Shown here in pieces: positions 1-10,308 of a DNA stretch of 32,000 nt (positions are counted from its first letter, which is position 1; each line of letters opens with the position of its first letter). The notes under the pieces are model-generated. The model had not been told where the DNA came from, ran no database searches, and worked only from the letters and a program-made list of their open reading frames with translations. The position numbers were made by a program, and so were the translations under genes. This DNA comes from Haloquadratum walsbyi C23 (GTDB lineage: Archaea > Halobacteriota > Halobacteria > Halobacteriales > Haloferacaceae), in contig NC_017459.1 in the NCBI RefSeq assembly GCF_000237865.1, positions 210,001-242,000 on the forward strand. The letters run 5' to 3'.

Positions 1-307
1 GCTCGCACTCGGAGCAGCAGCAACAACACGTGGTGTCGCATCAGATGTTGATGACATATACGATACTGCATATCGTCGTACATGACTTGTATGGAATCGT
101 ATTCCGAACTATTTTTATCAGTTGACTCAATTATTCCGGTACGAACTGCTTTGGGTCTCTCGTCATTTGGGGTGTCTGCGGTCGTTCACTCAGTCATTCG
201 CACGATAGTATATCATTCGGATATCTGTCAATTCCGAGCCGTGCAATCAGATTCAGACATCCACATATAGATTACACAACGAACTCAAAGCATTCGTCTC
301 TATACCG

Positions 308-1408
308 ATGAGCGAGAAAACCACACACACTTGCGAGAACGCGAGAACGAGAGTCGAGTCGAATAATGAATCAGAAGTAACAACAAACAGTGCACACGAC
401 CGCATTCGAACTGACGGTGGTACTGTTGGACAACGATGGGTTCGCCCTGGCGAAAAAGAATCTGAAGAAGAGTCTGTGTCCGAGTCAGAAGAGGAGACAA
501 CAAGTGAAAGTCTTGTCTGCCCAGAATGCAGCGGCAATGTTGTCGCTGATGATGAGCATGGAGAGACAATTTGTGATGACTGTGGTCTCGTGATTACGGA
601 GGACTCTGTTGATCGTGGTCCTGAATGGCGTGCGTTTGATGCAAAAGAAAAAGACCAGAAGTCCCGTGTTGGCGCCCCAACAACAAATACAATGCATGAT
701 AAGGGGCTTTCGACAAATATTGACTGGCGAGACCGCGATGCATATGGCAATTCTCTATCCTCAAATCAGCGACAGAAGATGCAACGACTCCGAAAGTGGA
801 ATGAACGATTCCGAACTCGTGATTCAAAGGAGCGAAACCTCAAACAAGCACTTGGTGAGGTTGATCGAATGGCCTCAGCGCTTGGGCTTCCCGAAAATGT
901 TCGTGAAACGGCTTCTGTGATTTATCGTCGGGCGCTCGATGAAGATCTACTACCTGGACGGTCAATTGAGGGCGTTTCAACATCATGTGTCTATGCGGCT
1001 GCACGAATGGCTGGTGTGCCCCGGTCACTCGATGAGATTGCAGAGGTATCACGAGTTCCAAAAAGTGAGGTTGCACGGACATACCGATACATTGCCCGAG
1101 AACTATCATTAGAGGTAAAGCCTGCGGATCCAGAGCAATACGTTCCTCGATTTGCCTCTGAACTTGGGCTTTCGGATGAATCAACGCTTCGTGCGCGTCA
1201 ACTATTACAGAATGCAAAAGAAAAGGGCGTGCACTCAGGAAAGTCCCCAGTTGGACTTGCTGCTGCGGCAGTGTATGCTGCGGCGCTGTTAACCAATGAA
1301 AAAACAACACAAGCAGCAGTAAGTGAGGTAGCCGATATCTCTGAGGTAACAATCCGAAACCGATATCATGAGCTTCTTGAGGCGAAAGACGCAGTTGGAG
1401 CCACATAA
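308..1408 (+). CDS. tfb: Transcription initiation factor TFB (TFIIB homologue)
   Basis: N-terminal Zn-ribbon CPECSGNVVADDEHGETICDDCGLV is followed by GPEWRAF and two cyclin-like repeats (SIEGVSTSCVYAAARMAG, KSPVGLAAAAVYAAALL). About 70 aa of acidic leader precede the Zn ribbon, with no alternative in-frame Met. Confidence 0.95.
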   Translation: MSEKTTHTCENARTRVESNNESEVTTNSAHDRIRTDGGTVGQRWVRPGEKESEEESVSESEEETTSESLVCPECSGNVVADDEHGETICDDCGLVITEDSVDRGPEWRAFDAKEKDQKSRVGAPTTNTMHDKGLSTNIDWRDRDAYGNSLSSNQRQKMQRLRKWNERFRTRDSKERNLKQALGEVDRMASALGLPENVRETASVIYRRALDEDLLPGRSIEGVSTSCVYAAARMAGVPRSLDEIAEVSRVPKSEVARTYRYIARELSLEVKPADPEQYVPRFASELGLSDESTLRARQLLQNAKEKGVHSGKSPVGLAAAAVYAAALLTNEKTTQAAVSEVADISEVTIRNRYHELLEAKDAVGAT

Positions 1409-1541
1409 GATACCGTTATATCTAGACGCAAACCGGGTTTCATAATGGTTATATGATACGTTGGTCGTCTTTAAATTCTGGCTGTCTCTCCTCACACTCG
1501 CACAGGATACCATCTTGAGAGCAAACTGGTATAAAAATATT

Positions 1542-1618
1542 AAATCCCATATCCGAATCCAAATCCAAACCCAAGCAAAAACATGAATATGAATATGAAT
1601 ATAAATATAAATAAACAT
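1542..1618. repeat. Hexamer-periodic low-complexity tract (NNATCC units, then ATGAAT x3 and ATAAAT x2)
   Basis: Read directly: aaatcc..gaatcc aaatcc aaaccc .. atgaat atgaat atgaat ataaat ataaat. It lies in the tfb-aroD intergenic region. Confidence 0.7.
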
Positions 1619-1792
1619 ATACATTCAATTATTACTCTCAAGACGACTATACGGCGATTATCGATATTCGTAAGAACTATTCTCAGCAAGTGTACATTTC
1701 ACACTCAGGGATATCAATAATAATAGAATCTGGTGTGATATGATTGAACCCATCCGTATTATGAACATAGTATACATATCGCTTCAAGCCAA

Positions 1793-2530
1793 ATGACATC
1801 GACACAAGCGGTCTCATTTGACACGTTTCAACTCGCCGCTGCAACAGCAGATCTCAGTGATGAGCCTGCTGCCAGTGATTATGCTGATATAGTCGAATTC
1901 CGACTTGACCTTGCATATGCAGACACATCACTTCCAGATCCGCTTACTGCAATATCAGCATATGATCACAGTAGTTCACTTCCATTGATAGTGACCAACC
2001 GCCCGGAGTGGGAAGGTGGAGCCTATGATGGTGAGACCATAGACCGACTTGAGATGCTGATAACGGCAGCGAAACATGATGCTGTTATTGCCGTTGATAT
2101 TGAATTGGAAACGTTGAAATCACAACACGGAAAGAGAGTTGCTCGCGATATTCGCAACAGCGGAGCAGTTATAATTGCATCGACACATGATTTCACCTCA
2201 ACACCTCAACAGTCTGTGCTTCACGAGCGTCTTCACACAGCCGCACAACTTGGCGATATTGGAAAGCTTGCTGTGACGGCGCAGACACACCGTGATGCCC
2301 TTCGTGTGCTCGCCGCGACTGAACAGGCATCTCAATGGGGTGATACTGTCGCCACAATGGCGATGGGAGCGCTTGGTCAACATACTCGAGTAGTTGCTCC
2401 TCTGTATGGGTCACGAATCGGATATGCACCCGTCAATCCTACAGATGCAACTGCGCCAGGACAGTACGACATAAAAACGCTTTCAGAAATGATCGATACT
2501 CTCACTCATACGAAAGTTGAGGATGATTAG
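1793..2530 (+). CDS. aroD: 3-dehydroquinate dehydratase, type I
   Basis: Carries the EFRLDL motif, STHDF (catalytic His region) and IGKLAVTAQ (Schiff-base Lys region). The 245 aa length is typical for type I DHQase. Confidence 0.88.
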   Translation: MTSTQAVSFDTFQLAAATADLSDEPAASDYADIVEFRLDLAYADTSLPDPLTAISAYDHSSSLPLIVTNRPEWEGGAYDGETIDRLEMLITAAKHDAVIAVDIELETLKSQHGKRVARDIRNSGAVIIASTHDFTSTPQQSVLHERLHTAAQLGDIGKLAVTAQTHRDALRVLAATEQASQWGDTVATMAMGALGQHTRVVAPLYGSRIGYAPVNPTDATAPGQYDIKTLSEMIDTLTHTKVEDD

Positions 2531-2551
2531 CATCCTCAATGACAACTACTT

Positions 2552-4012
2552 TCGGTACTTCACGAACGGTGTAATGGGCCGAATTAATCCGGTGAGTTAA
2601 CCGGAAAGAAATGTCTGGTTCTGGATGTGTTAGACCTTACAGACCCAGACGGGTACCTTTCGGCATCAGAAGTCAAAGATACCGCGGAAGCGGTTATTTC
2701 TCCGCTCCCACTGCCGGGTGTCGAGGGGAGCCCCCTCGACCCCGGCGATATCTGGCTCGTTGTTATCTTTGCCTGCGTGAACGAAACCTCAATCTGGGAA
2801 ACCTGCAACGAACACGATGGAACACCCTGCGATGATACTGTTCTGGCGTGGCTTCACACACTCAATCGTGGGTGGCTCGAAGTCGTTGCTAACCTCCAGC
2901 TTAGCCGCCTCGCTATGACGATTCTCGACGCAGAGCAGTCGAGAATCGTCTCTATCGACTTCATCGACAACCCCTATCACGGCGACCACTACGACGAGGA
3001 AGGAGAGCTCTGCTCGATGGCTCCGAAAGATGGCACGACCACGTGCCATCGATACTGTACAGCGTACGTCGTTTCCAACGGAAAACCGGTGACGCTGGCG
3101 ATGACGTACGTTCGTAACGACGAGACAGAGGCTGACGCGGTCGAGCGCGTGCTCGCCCGCGTCGAGAACTACCCCTTTGAGATCGAGTTGCTGCTTGCTG
3201 ACAGCGGTTTCTTCAATGAGCGTGTGATTCGTCGGTCACGAGAAATCGCTGCCACAGTCGTTCACGTTCCAAAGAAAGGAGATCGCATGAAAGAGAAACT
3301 CGACGTGCACAAGTCGTACATGACGACCTACCGCATGTACAAAGACAGCGAGCGGGAACTCCGTGTCCCGCTCGCGGTCTCTGTCTCCTACCAGAACGGT
3401 GATCGGAACAAACACGGCGAGGTTGTCCGTGGCTACGTGGCTTGCGGCGTTACCGATCATACCGCCAAACAGGTCGAACGGATCTATCGGAAACGATCAG
3501 GCATCGAGACGACCTACCGGCTGATTCGGCAGGCACGAGGGGTCACGACAACTCGTGACCCCGTCGTTCGGTTTGCCTTCATGCTCGTGGCTGCTATTCT
3601 GGAGAACCTCTGGTTGGTGCTTCGCTGGGCCGTCGTCGCCCGCCCGCAGCGGGGCGGGCGCGACTTACCTGAAGAGTTCACGTTCTCTGTGTTTTGCGAT
3701 TGGATTCGGAGGGAGTTGGAGGAGCAGTTGGAGCGACGGTGGAAGATCAAGATGAACGGGACAGGTATTCCACCGTCATACCAAGCGGCCGCGGGCTGAC
3801 CACGGTCAGCCCTGGCCAGTCTGCCTCTGTATGAGCAACAGCTCTCTTCGAGAAGTAGTCGAAAACGGGGGAAACGAGCTATTTGAGTGCGTACTCTGTT
3901 CGAAGTGGAAAGCAACTCACTGATTTTTGTAACTCATCCGAGAAACCATATAGAATATGACTATTCGGCCGTCACTGTCGCTGGAAGTTTCGACTCATTC
4001 GTGAAGTACCGA
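2552..4012 (+). mobile_element. ISH3-family insertion sequence (about 1.46 kb) with long imperfect terminal inverted repeats
   Basis: The perfect 15-bp termini are tcggtacttcacgaa (2552-2566) and ttcgtgaagtaccga (3998-4012). Further inverted subterminal blocks are ggccgaat (2577-2584 / 3963-3970) and tccggtgagtta (2588-2599) versus taactcatccga (3930-3941), plus a second gtgagtt-like copy at 3914-3926. The single transposase ORF sits inside. The interior is visibly more GC-rich than the flanks. Only a weak ctt/ctt flank match was seen, so the target-site duplication is unresolved. Confidence 0.65.
2627..3799 (+). CDS. ISH3-family DDE transposase
   Basis: The 390 aa protein has a GTG start. 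Its C-terminal signature YRKRSGIETTYRLIRQARGVTTTRDPVVRF..LENLW..ARPQRGGR matches my recollection of haloarchaeal ISH3-type transposases (..RFGIESSYRL..TTTRDPTVR..PRRGGR). Confidence 0.85.
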   Translation: MLDLTDPDGYLSASEVKDTAEAVISPLPLPGVEGSPLDPGDIWLVVIFACVNETSIWETCNEHDGTPCDDTVLAWLHTLNRGWLEVVANLQLSRLAMTILDAEQSRIVSIDFIDNPYHGDHYDEEGELCSMAPKDGTTTCHRYCTAYVVSNGKPVTLAMTYVRNDETEADAVERVLARVENYPFEIELLLADSGFFNERVIRRSREIAATVVHVPKKGDRMKEKLDVHKSYMTTYRMYKDSERELRVPLAVSVSYQNGDRNKHGEVVRGYVACGVTDHTAKQVERIYRKRSGIETTYRLIRQARGVTTTRDPVVRFAFMLVAAILENLWLVLRWAVVARPQRGGRDLPEEFTFSVFCDWIRRELEEQLERRWKIKMNGTGIPPSYQAAAG

Positions 4013-4128
4013 CTTTTAGTATATTATGATAGCGCTATGAGAGACAGATTTGCTGATATGTATGCATTGATACCAATCTTATTGAATATCTTATGTCGAA
4101 ATTAGACCACAGTGAAGCAATATAGTAA

Positions 4129-4204
4129 GCGGGCCGGGAGGAATTTGAATCCTCGATCTTCTGGTTAAGAGCCAGACGCTTTAGACCAGCCTAAGCTACC
4201 AGCC
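4129..4204 (-). tRNA. tRNA-Lys (anticodon CUU)
   Basis: Manual cloverleaf on the minus strand. The acceptor is GGGCUGG/CCGGCCC (one G-U) and the D stem is GCUU/AAGC. The anticodon stem UCUGG/CCAGA closes the loop CU-CUU-AA. The T arm is GAGGA-UUCAAAU-UCCUC and the discriminator is G. It is 76 nt with no encoded CCA. Confidence 0.9.
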
Positions 4205-4227
4205 CGTAATTGTACATTAGTATTCAC

Positions 4228-4235
4228 TCATAAAA
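4228..4235 (-). promoter_or_regulatory. Putative TATA box for tRNA-Lys
   Basis: The minus strand reads TTTTTATG, centred about 27 nt upstream of the mature tRNA 5' end. That is the canonical archaeal TATA-to-TSS spacing. Confidence 0.4.
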
Positions 4236-4935
4236 ACGCTTCAATTTGCTTGTCTCCATCGTCGTAACCATATCGCAATGAAATCTAATATACTATTTAT
4301 AATCCTAAGCAATCCTATATTTAATAATTACAAGAATAAGTCCCCTTCCTCAAGGAGTGAGTGAAACGAATGAGTAGGGAGGGGATACCGCCGTGTATCA
4401 TCTCGCCAAGACGTAACTAGCATGCTTTCTCGTACTAAATTGTGAGAGCAGTATTCATCAGACTGACTTAGAGTGATATACCAACCACGGTCAGCCTGAT
4501 AGCGATTAGTTCGAATAGCTTCACCGACGGTGTCGAATGACGCGGTTTCAGCGGCTCCTATCACGGCACGGATAATCACGGCGATAAAGACTTGCACTAA
4601 TTACTATGAGTTATCATTGTTACTATTGAGTAGGGCTGGGGCAGTCCGACTCAGAACATCTGTGGAGACTGGTATCACTGTGGGTACGCGTCATCCGGAC
4701 GTACCGCTTGCAAATATTATCACAGAAGCAGAACGTTCGATACGAGAGCACGGAAGCCTCAGTCTCAATGAAGCGATAGCGGAGTCGGGTGGGGTAATTC
4801 ACTCACTGATAATATCTGACTTTTTATGTTCAAAATCATGCTCATCCGAATTGAAATGCTCATATGGGTACTCCATTTCAAATAAAGGAATCACCGCATT
4901 GATACTGATACCACCCGAGAATGAGCTAAATGAGC

Positions 4936-6135
4936 TTACTTCTCAATGATGCTTTCTTCCACTACCTCACCGAAGTGCCGAGCTGTTTCCTCATAGAATA
5001 ACCGAATTTCGTCTCCAGACTCAAGATCTGTGACTGCTGTTCGTCCTGACTGTGTATTGACCTTGATCGTCTCAGCATTTTGTAGTAGTGTCTCAACGCG
5101 GTCATCATCATACTCGAGTTCAATTCGAAACATTGGGCGCTTTTCGATTTTCACGCGACCAACGATTGCTTCACGTGTTTGTCCATCAGTATTGACGACC
5201 TGAACGGTATCACCACTTTGTAATTCTGAAAGATATGCCGTGCCACCATCAGGCGTTCGAAGATACGCATGGACAGCGCCAGCGTTTACACGAAACGGAC
5301 GCGATGCAACATACGGTGACTCGGCTGTCTCAGCATGGACGAATATGAGCCCACGGCTCATGCTTCCAATAAGCATTCCTTCATTATGCTGCATGAGATT
5401 CGCTGTATCAACGCAGACGCGATCAGCCATCCCGGCGCGCTCAATATCGATCACAGTCGCCCATTCAAGTTCAAGCGTTTCACGCTCAGTAGCGTCGCGG
5501 ACAGCGACCGTTTCACGTATCTCATCTGGGTCATCGGTATCAAGCAAGACACCATCAACCCCAATCTCAAGCGTCTCAAAGGCGGTCTGTGCCTCTTCAG
5601 CTGATGTAACACCGGCGATAAGGGTCGTCTCAGAACCGATACGTGCAATGAGATTTTCAAGCGGGATAATCGTCCAGTCCTCACCAATTACAATAGTATA
5701 TGATGCATCTGCCGCTGCAGTCTCAGCTAACGCTTCATACTCTTCTGAAAGAATTCGAATATATGCACCAGTCTCAGCCACAGTGTTATTACTATGAGTT
5801 TCAATTGCGCTTAGATCAGCTGATGCAGAGAGTGTTTCCGGGAAATCATCTGTCCCGTCACTTTCGCTTTCTTTTCCAATAACAACAGTGTCAGCCTCTT
5901 CAACCCCCTCTGTTTCAGCGCTACGATGGGTCTCACTATCTGCTGTCGAAGTAAATGCTGCTATTGAAACATCACCAAGCGATTGAACACGTGAGATATC
6001 CTCTGGGTCGACAAGCACACAGTCAACGCCTGCTTCGAGTCCCGTTATGATACGACGCTTTCGCGTTTTCCAGTCACCAACATCACTATCTGCTTTTATC
6101 CATACACGACGTGAATGTGAGCGTGATTCTGTCAT
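4936..6135 (-). CDS. aroB': 3-dehydroquinate synthase II (archaeal type, acts on ADH)
   Basis: The N-terminus [35 protein letters not shown] and the C-terminal half ([24 protein letters not shown]) are typical of the archaeal DHQ synthase II family. It sits next to the aldolase-like ADH synthase gene. It contains an acidic insert of about 65 aa. Confidence 0.88.
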   Translation of the reverse strand: MTESRSHSRRVWIKADSDVGDWKTRKRRIITGLEAGVDCVLVDPEDISRVQSLGDVSIAAFTSTADSETHRSAETEGVEEADTVVIGKESESDGTDDFPETLSASADLSAIETHSNNTVAETGAYIRILSEEYEALAETAAADASYTIVIGEDWTIIPLENLIARIGSETTLIAGVTSAEEAQTAFETLEIGVDGVLLDTDDPDEIRETVAVRDATERETLELEWATVIDIERAGMADRVCVDTANLMQHNEGMLIGSMSRGLIFVHAETAESPYVASRPFRVNAGAVHAYLRTPDGGTAYLSELQSGDTVQVVNTDGQTREAIVGRVKIEKRPMFRIELEYDDDRVETLLQNAETIKVNTQSGRTAVTDLESGDEIRLFYEETARHFGEVVEESIIEK

Positions 6136-6289
6136 TATCGGGTCGACTCGGCCAGCGCGCTTGAACGTGGCGACTCTCTGTTGTGTCAGATGAGCGAATC
6201 AATCCCATGCGTCTCGGTGTGAAATTGACCTTCAGTAAATAAGAGATACAACACCCCACACCCCACACATCGGGTCGTATGCATCCGCG

Positions 6290-7102
6290 TCAGACTTCGA
6301 TCTCAAGTCCAGCAATATCAAGTGCGGTATCAACGCTGGCACCGTCATGTATCACAGCACTGACTGCTCGTGTAATTGACCCAGGATTATCATGTTGAAA
6401 TATCGAACGCCCCATGGAGACGCCTGCCGCACCGGCATCGATTGCCCCTCGGACCATCTCAATAGTTTGGCGATCAGTCCCGCGGCTTCCCCCAGCAATG
6501 ACAACCGGGAGCTGTGTGGCTGCACACACCTGCTCAAATGATTCAGGCTCTCCAGAGTACGCCGTTTTGACCACATCTGCACCAAGCTCTTCGGCAATTC
6601 GGACAGCATGAGCAAGACTCTCTGGGTCATGTTCATCGATACCTGGTCCACGAGCGTAATTCATTGCAAGTACAGGGATACCATAGCGGTGAGCCTCCTC
6701 GGTCAGATTACTTAGTTGTGTCAATTGATCAGGCTCGTGATCACTACCAATATTTATATGAAATGAAACGACATCAGCGCCGGCGCGAAGAGCCCCCTCA
6801 ACGCTTCCAGTCGGTCGTTTATCCGTCGTATCAGGACCGATAACGGTCGATCCGTTTAGATGGACAATATACCCCTTTGTATTCTTATTTGGATGAACCC
6901 GAGAGGCAACCCCACGCTGTGTGAGAACAGCATCTGCGCCATTATCAGTAATCGCATCAACAGTCGACTCAAGATCGACAAGCCCCTTGACTGGACCGAG
7001 TGTGATACCATGATCCATTGGGACAATGAGGTACCGCCCGTCTGTCGAGATACGATTGAGTCGTGCAATGAGTCCTGATCTGGCTCCTGCTCCTGTGTTC
7101 AT
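6290..7102 (-). CDS. aroA': 2-amino-3,7-dideoxy-D-threo-hept-6-ulosonate (ADH) synthase, DhnA-type class I aldolase family
   Basis: DhnA/FbaB-type motifs are LIVPMDHGITLGPVKGL, DAVLTQRG and ADVVKTAYSG. Assigning it to ADH synthase rather than FBP aldolase rests on its position directly upstream of DHQ synthase II. Confidence 0.8.
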   Translation of the reverse strand: MNTGAGARSGLIARLNRISTDGRYLIVPMDHGITLGPVKGLVDLESTVDAITDNGADAVLTQRGVASRVHPNKNTKGYIVHLNGSTVIGPDTTDKRPTGSVEGALRAGADVVSFHINIGSDHEPDQLTQLSNLTEEAHRYGIPVLAMNYARGPGIDEHDPESLAHAVRIAEELGADVVKTAYSGEPESFEQVCAATQLPVVIAGGSRGTDRQTIEMVRGAIDAGAAGVSMGRSIFQHDNPGSITRAVSAVIHDGASVDTALDIAGLEIEV

Positions 7103-7278
7103 TATATGTTAACCTGTATCAATCGGCGGTTATAGTCATTTCGAGGTAATGATATTCCGTCATATCCATACTAGTGTTCGATATGTGAACTCATCCCGGG
7201 GCAGTTATCTTGACCGCCTGTACACAATTGTTCTATATCAAAAATCAACAATACAGCACAGTCATGCGTATAATATGT

Positions 7279-8160
7279 TCATGTATCCGGCTTTGGCATC
7301 CGTTTTTGATACCCTCGCTGGACCCCATCTGTAAGTTCGCGAGCCTTTGTTTCAAGTCGGTCAGCAACCGTTGTTGTTGAATCGCCAGCTTCAGTCCCCG
7401 AAGCAACGATATCAACCAATGCACTTCCAACGATGATGCCATCAGCACCACCAGCGACAATCCGTTCGGCATGCTCTCCGGTCTTAATTCCAAATCCGAC
7501 TGCCTTCGGGACATCGTATGCATCAAGCCGCGAGAGGCTTGACTCGGTTTGTGTCGAGACATCATCACGGGCACCAGTCACACCAAGTCGCGCTTGCACA
7601 TAGACATATCCTGATACCTGTGACATAATCGTATTAAGTCGGTCGCCTTTCGTCGTTGGAGCGACAATAAATACAAGATCAAGCCCAAACTCATTACAAG
7701 CTGTCCGGAGCGGATCTGATTCCTCAGCGGGCAAATCTGGAACAACAAATCCTGAGAGTCCAACATCCGCGGCGCGTTTAACAAACGGTCGCGGACCCTC
7801 CTCATCACCATATTGATAGATGAGATTATAATACGTCATGCACACGAGTGGAACCTCAGTTGGATCGACATCGAGGTCGGTGACAAACTCAAAAAACTGA
7901 TCTGGAGTCATCCCTGCTTCAAGCGACCGAACAATAGCACTCTGGATTGTTGGTCCTTCAGCAATCGGCTCTGAGAACGGAAGTCCAAGTTCAATGATAT
8001 CAGCGCCACCGCGTGCAAGTGCCTCCACATATGCAAGCCCAGATTCATAATCTGGGTCACCTGCTGCAAGATATGGAACGAATGCTGGACCGTCAGAGAA
8101 TGCAGATGCAAGCCCCTGTCCTTCCATCCGTTCTTGTTCTTGTGTATTACCGCTGGACAT
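7279..8160 (-). CDS. trpA: Tryptophan synthase alpha chain
   Basis: Motifs are [31 protein letters not shown] and GFGI..GEHA. The start codon directly abuts the trpB stop codon. Confidence 0.95.
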   Translation of the reverse strand: MSSGNTQEQERMEGQGLASAFSDGPAFVPYLAAGDPDYESGLAYVEALARGGADIIELGLPFSEPIAEGPTIQSAIVRSLEAGMTPDQFFEFVTDLDVDPTEVPLVCMTYYNLIYQYGDEEGPRPFVKRAADVGLSGFVVPDLPAEESDPLRTACNEFGLDLVFIVAPTTKGDRLNTIMSQVSGYVYVQARLGVTGARDDVSTQTESSLSRLDAYDVPKAVGFGIKTGEHAERIVAGGADGIIVGSALVDIVASGTEAGDSTTTVADRLETKARELTDGVQRGYQKRMPKPDT

Positions 8161-9408
8161 TCACAATCCTCCAGCGAATTCAGACATATCGGGAGCAATA
8201 TCGATGTCGTGTTCAGCGGTCTCCTCAATCGCTATTTCCAGATCTTTATCACCGCGTCCGGAAACATTAATTAATATACTGTCGCCGAGAGCACTCCCCT
8301 GTTCTTCAAGATATCCAAAGGCATGTGCAGTCTCAAGTGCTGGAATAACGCCCTCCAGTTGTGAGACTCGATGAAATGCAGCAAGTGTAGCTTCATCATC
8401 AACATTTACTGGATTCACACGGTCCGTATCGACAAGATGTGCGAGTTCCGGACCAACACCAGCATAATCAAGCCCAGAAGAGACGCTGTGGCTTTCCATA
8501 ATCTGACCATCACTATCCTGCAGTAGCTTGGTTCGCGCACCGTGCAGAACGCCCTCATCGCCGGTTGATAATGATGCTGAATTCGGTGCAACACCAGCGT
8601 CTTCGTCAACCTCAAGACTTGATCCGCCTGCTTCAACAGCATAGAGGTCAACATCCGTATCATCGATAAAGTGTGCAAATGTCCCCATTGTGTTTGACCC
8701 TCCACCAGCACATGCCAACACAGCATCGGGAAGTCCACCGGTCTGTTCACGCACCTGTCGTCGTGCCTCCTCAGAAATAACTGCGTGGAAGTCACGAACC
8801 ATCGACGGGAAGGGATGTGGACCGACAATTGAGCCAATAATATAATGTGTGTCTTCGACGTTTGTTGCCCAATCACGCATCGTTTCAGAGATAGCTTCTT
8901 TGAGTGTTCCACGACCGATTGTAACAGGCGTTACCTCTGACCCGTTGAGTCGCATTCGGAATACATTCGGACGCTGTCGATTAATATCGCGTTCACCCAT
9001 ATACACTTCACAGGGCATATCGAGATGAGCGGCTGCCATCGCAGTTGCTGTGCCATGCTGACCGGCACCGGTCTCAGCAATAATTCGCTCTTTACCCATA
9101 TATTTCGCTAATAACGCCTGTCCGAGGGCATTATTAAGTTTGTGTGCACCACCGTGGAGAAGATCTTCGCGCTTCAAATATACATCACAGCCATGTCGCT
9201 CTGATAGACGCTCTGCGTACTCCGTTGGTGTTGGTCGACCACCGAAATCCCGAAGTCGCGCTCGGAACTCATCCATGAATCCGTCTTCATTCTCTAACAC
9301 GTAACGCTCATACGCGTCAGTTAATTCCTCAATAGCAGGCATCAATGCCTCTGGAACGTACTGTCCGCCATATTCACCGAATTTCCCGTCTGCGTATCGT
9401 TGTGTCAT
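8161..9408 (-). CDS. trpB: Tryptophan synthase beta chain
   Basis: Contains [13 protein letters not shown], the PLP-lysine motif HGGAHKLNN and [10 protein letters not shown], and ends with a SGRGDKD-type motif. Confidence 0.97.
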   Translation of the reverse strand: MTQRYADGKFGEYGGQYVPEALMPAIEELTDAYERYVLENEDGFMDEFRARLRDFGGRPTPTEYAERLSERHGCDVYLKREDLLHGGAHKLNNALGQALLAKYMGKERIIAETGAGQHGTATAMAAAHLDMPCEVYMGERDINRQRPNVFRMRLNGSEVTPVTIGRGTLKEAISETMRDWATNVEDTHYIIGSIVGPHPFPSMVRDFHAVISEEARRQVREQTGGLPDAVLACAGGGSNTMGTFAHFIDDTDVDLYAVEAGGSSLEVDEDAGVAPNSASLSTGDEGVLHGARTKLLQDSDGQIMESHSVSSGLDYAGVGPELAHLVDTDRVNPVNVDDEATLAAFHRVSQLEGVIPALETAHAFGYLEEQGSALGDSILINVSGRGDKDLEIAIEETAEHDIDIAPDMSEFAGGL

Positions 9409-10220
9409 GATGTATGTGTCTCCGTTGTTGTGTCTTGTATGTCTGTGTCTGTTACGGTTGTAAACCGTCTTGTATTTGTTTGCACGTCTCCGTTCATAAT
9501 AGCCGTCCCGATAAGCAATGCATCGGCTCCAGCCGCACGCATTTGTTGAACGTGCTCAATTGTCTTGATACCACTCTCGGCAATAAGTGTGACATCATCA
9601 GGGACGTGTGGTGCCAGTTGCTCAAAGGTTTGAAGAGTAACCGCAAGGCGACCAAGATCACGGTTGTTGACTCCAATAATGCTGGCACCAATTTCAATTG
9701 CACGTTCAAGTTCATCACGGGTATGAACCTCAACCAAGGGCTGGAATCCACGATTTTGTGCTGCGTTATACAGCTGCTTTAGTGAATCTGTCTCCGGTCT
9801 ATCGAGAAACCGCGCAATAAGAAGAATCATATCAGCCGCAACCGCATCAAGTTGAGATTCATGCACAATGAAGTCCTTCCGAAGAATCGGAACCTCAACC
9901 ACATTGCGTATCTGAGCAAGAGTCTCAACCGACCCACCGAAATGCTCTGGCTCTGTCAATACTGATAATGCAGTTGCACCACCCTCGACCATTGCTGATG
10001 CAAGTGCAACCGGGTCATCATCTCGCTTTCCATCAGTTGTTGGACTGGTTGGCTTAATCTCTGCAATGACTGGGGTTTGACCGGCTGCCTCAGTTGCTGA
10101 GATAGCTGACTGAAACGATGTTGCATCGACGCTACATCGAGATGTGCCACCAGCACGCTGTTTTGCAGCCGTAAGAATTGATTGCACCGCAGGTGCAAGA
10201 GATTCTTCACTAGCGTCCAT
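9405..10220 (-). CDS. trpC: Indole-3-glycerol-phosphate synthase
   Basis: Motifs are [33 protein letters not shown] and GVNNRDL. It shares a 4-nt ATGA overlap with trpB. Confidence 0.92.
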   Translation of the reverse strand: MDASEESLAPAVQSILTAAKQRAGGTSRCSVDATSFQSAISATEAAGQTPVIAEIKPTSPTTDGKRDDDPVALASAMVEGGATALSVLTEPEHFGGSVETLAQIRNVVEVPILRKDFIVHESQLDAVAADMILLIARFLDRPETDSLKQLYNAAQNRGFQPLVEVHTRDELERAIEIGASIIGVNNRDLGRLAVTLQTFEQLAPHVPDDVTLIAESGIKTIEHVQQMRAAGADALLIGTAIMNGDVQTNTRRFTTVTDTDIQDTTTETHTS

Positions 10221-10308
10221 CTATGTTCATTAATGAACTGAATTGCACATAAGGCTTGCGTGTTTCACTCGGCTAACGTTCAAACGGCGGTAGCACAAAC
10301 CACAACAT

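Noticed and set aside
1-57. Possible N-terminus of a divergently transcribed gene on the - strand (ATG at 57-55, MSSTSDATPRVVAAAPSAS...).
   Set aside because: Only 19 codons are visible before the window edge. There is no domain evidence, and alternative frames are equally open.
253-1406. Long antisense or out-of-frame ORFs overlapping tfb (253-750, 300-569, 840-1406 and others).
   Set aside because: They overlap a confidently identified gene, and their translations are low-complexity (Ser/Arg/Leu-rich) with no recognisable motifs. They look like typical shadow ORFs.
3887-4105. A 72 aa ORF spanning the right end of the ISH3-type element and the adjacent spacer.
   Set aside because: It crosses the IS terminal repeat boundary and has no motifs. 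It is most likely fortuitous.
5240-5797. A 185 aa + strand ORF inside aroB', with similar shadow ORFs inside trpB, lonB, the thermosome gene (17381-17953) and others.
   Set aside because: They are antisense to well-supported genes. Their Ser/Ala/Arg-rich composition is typical of the reverse frame of acidic haloarchaeal genes.
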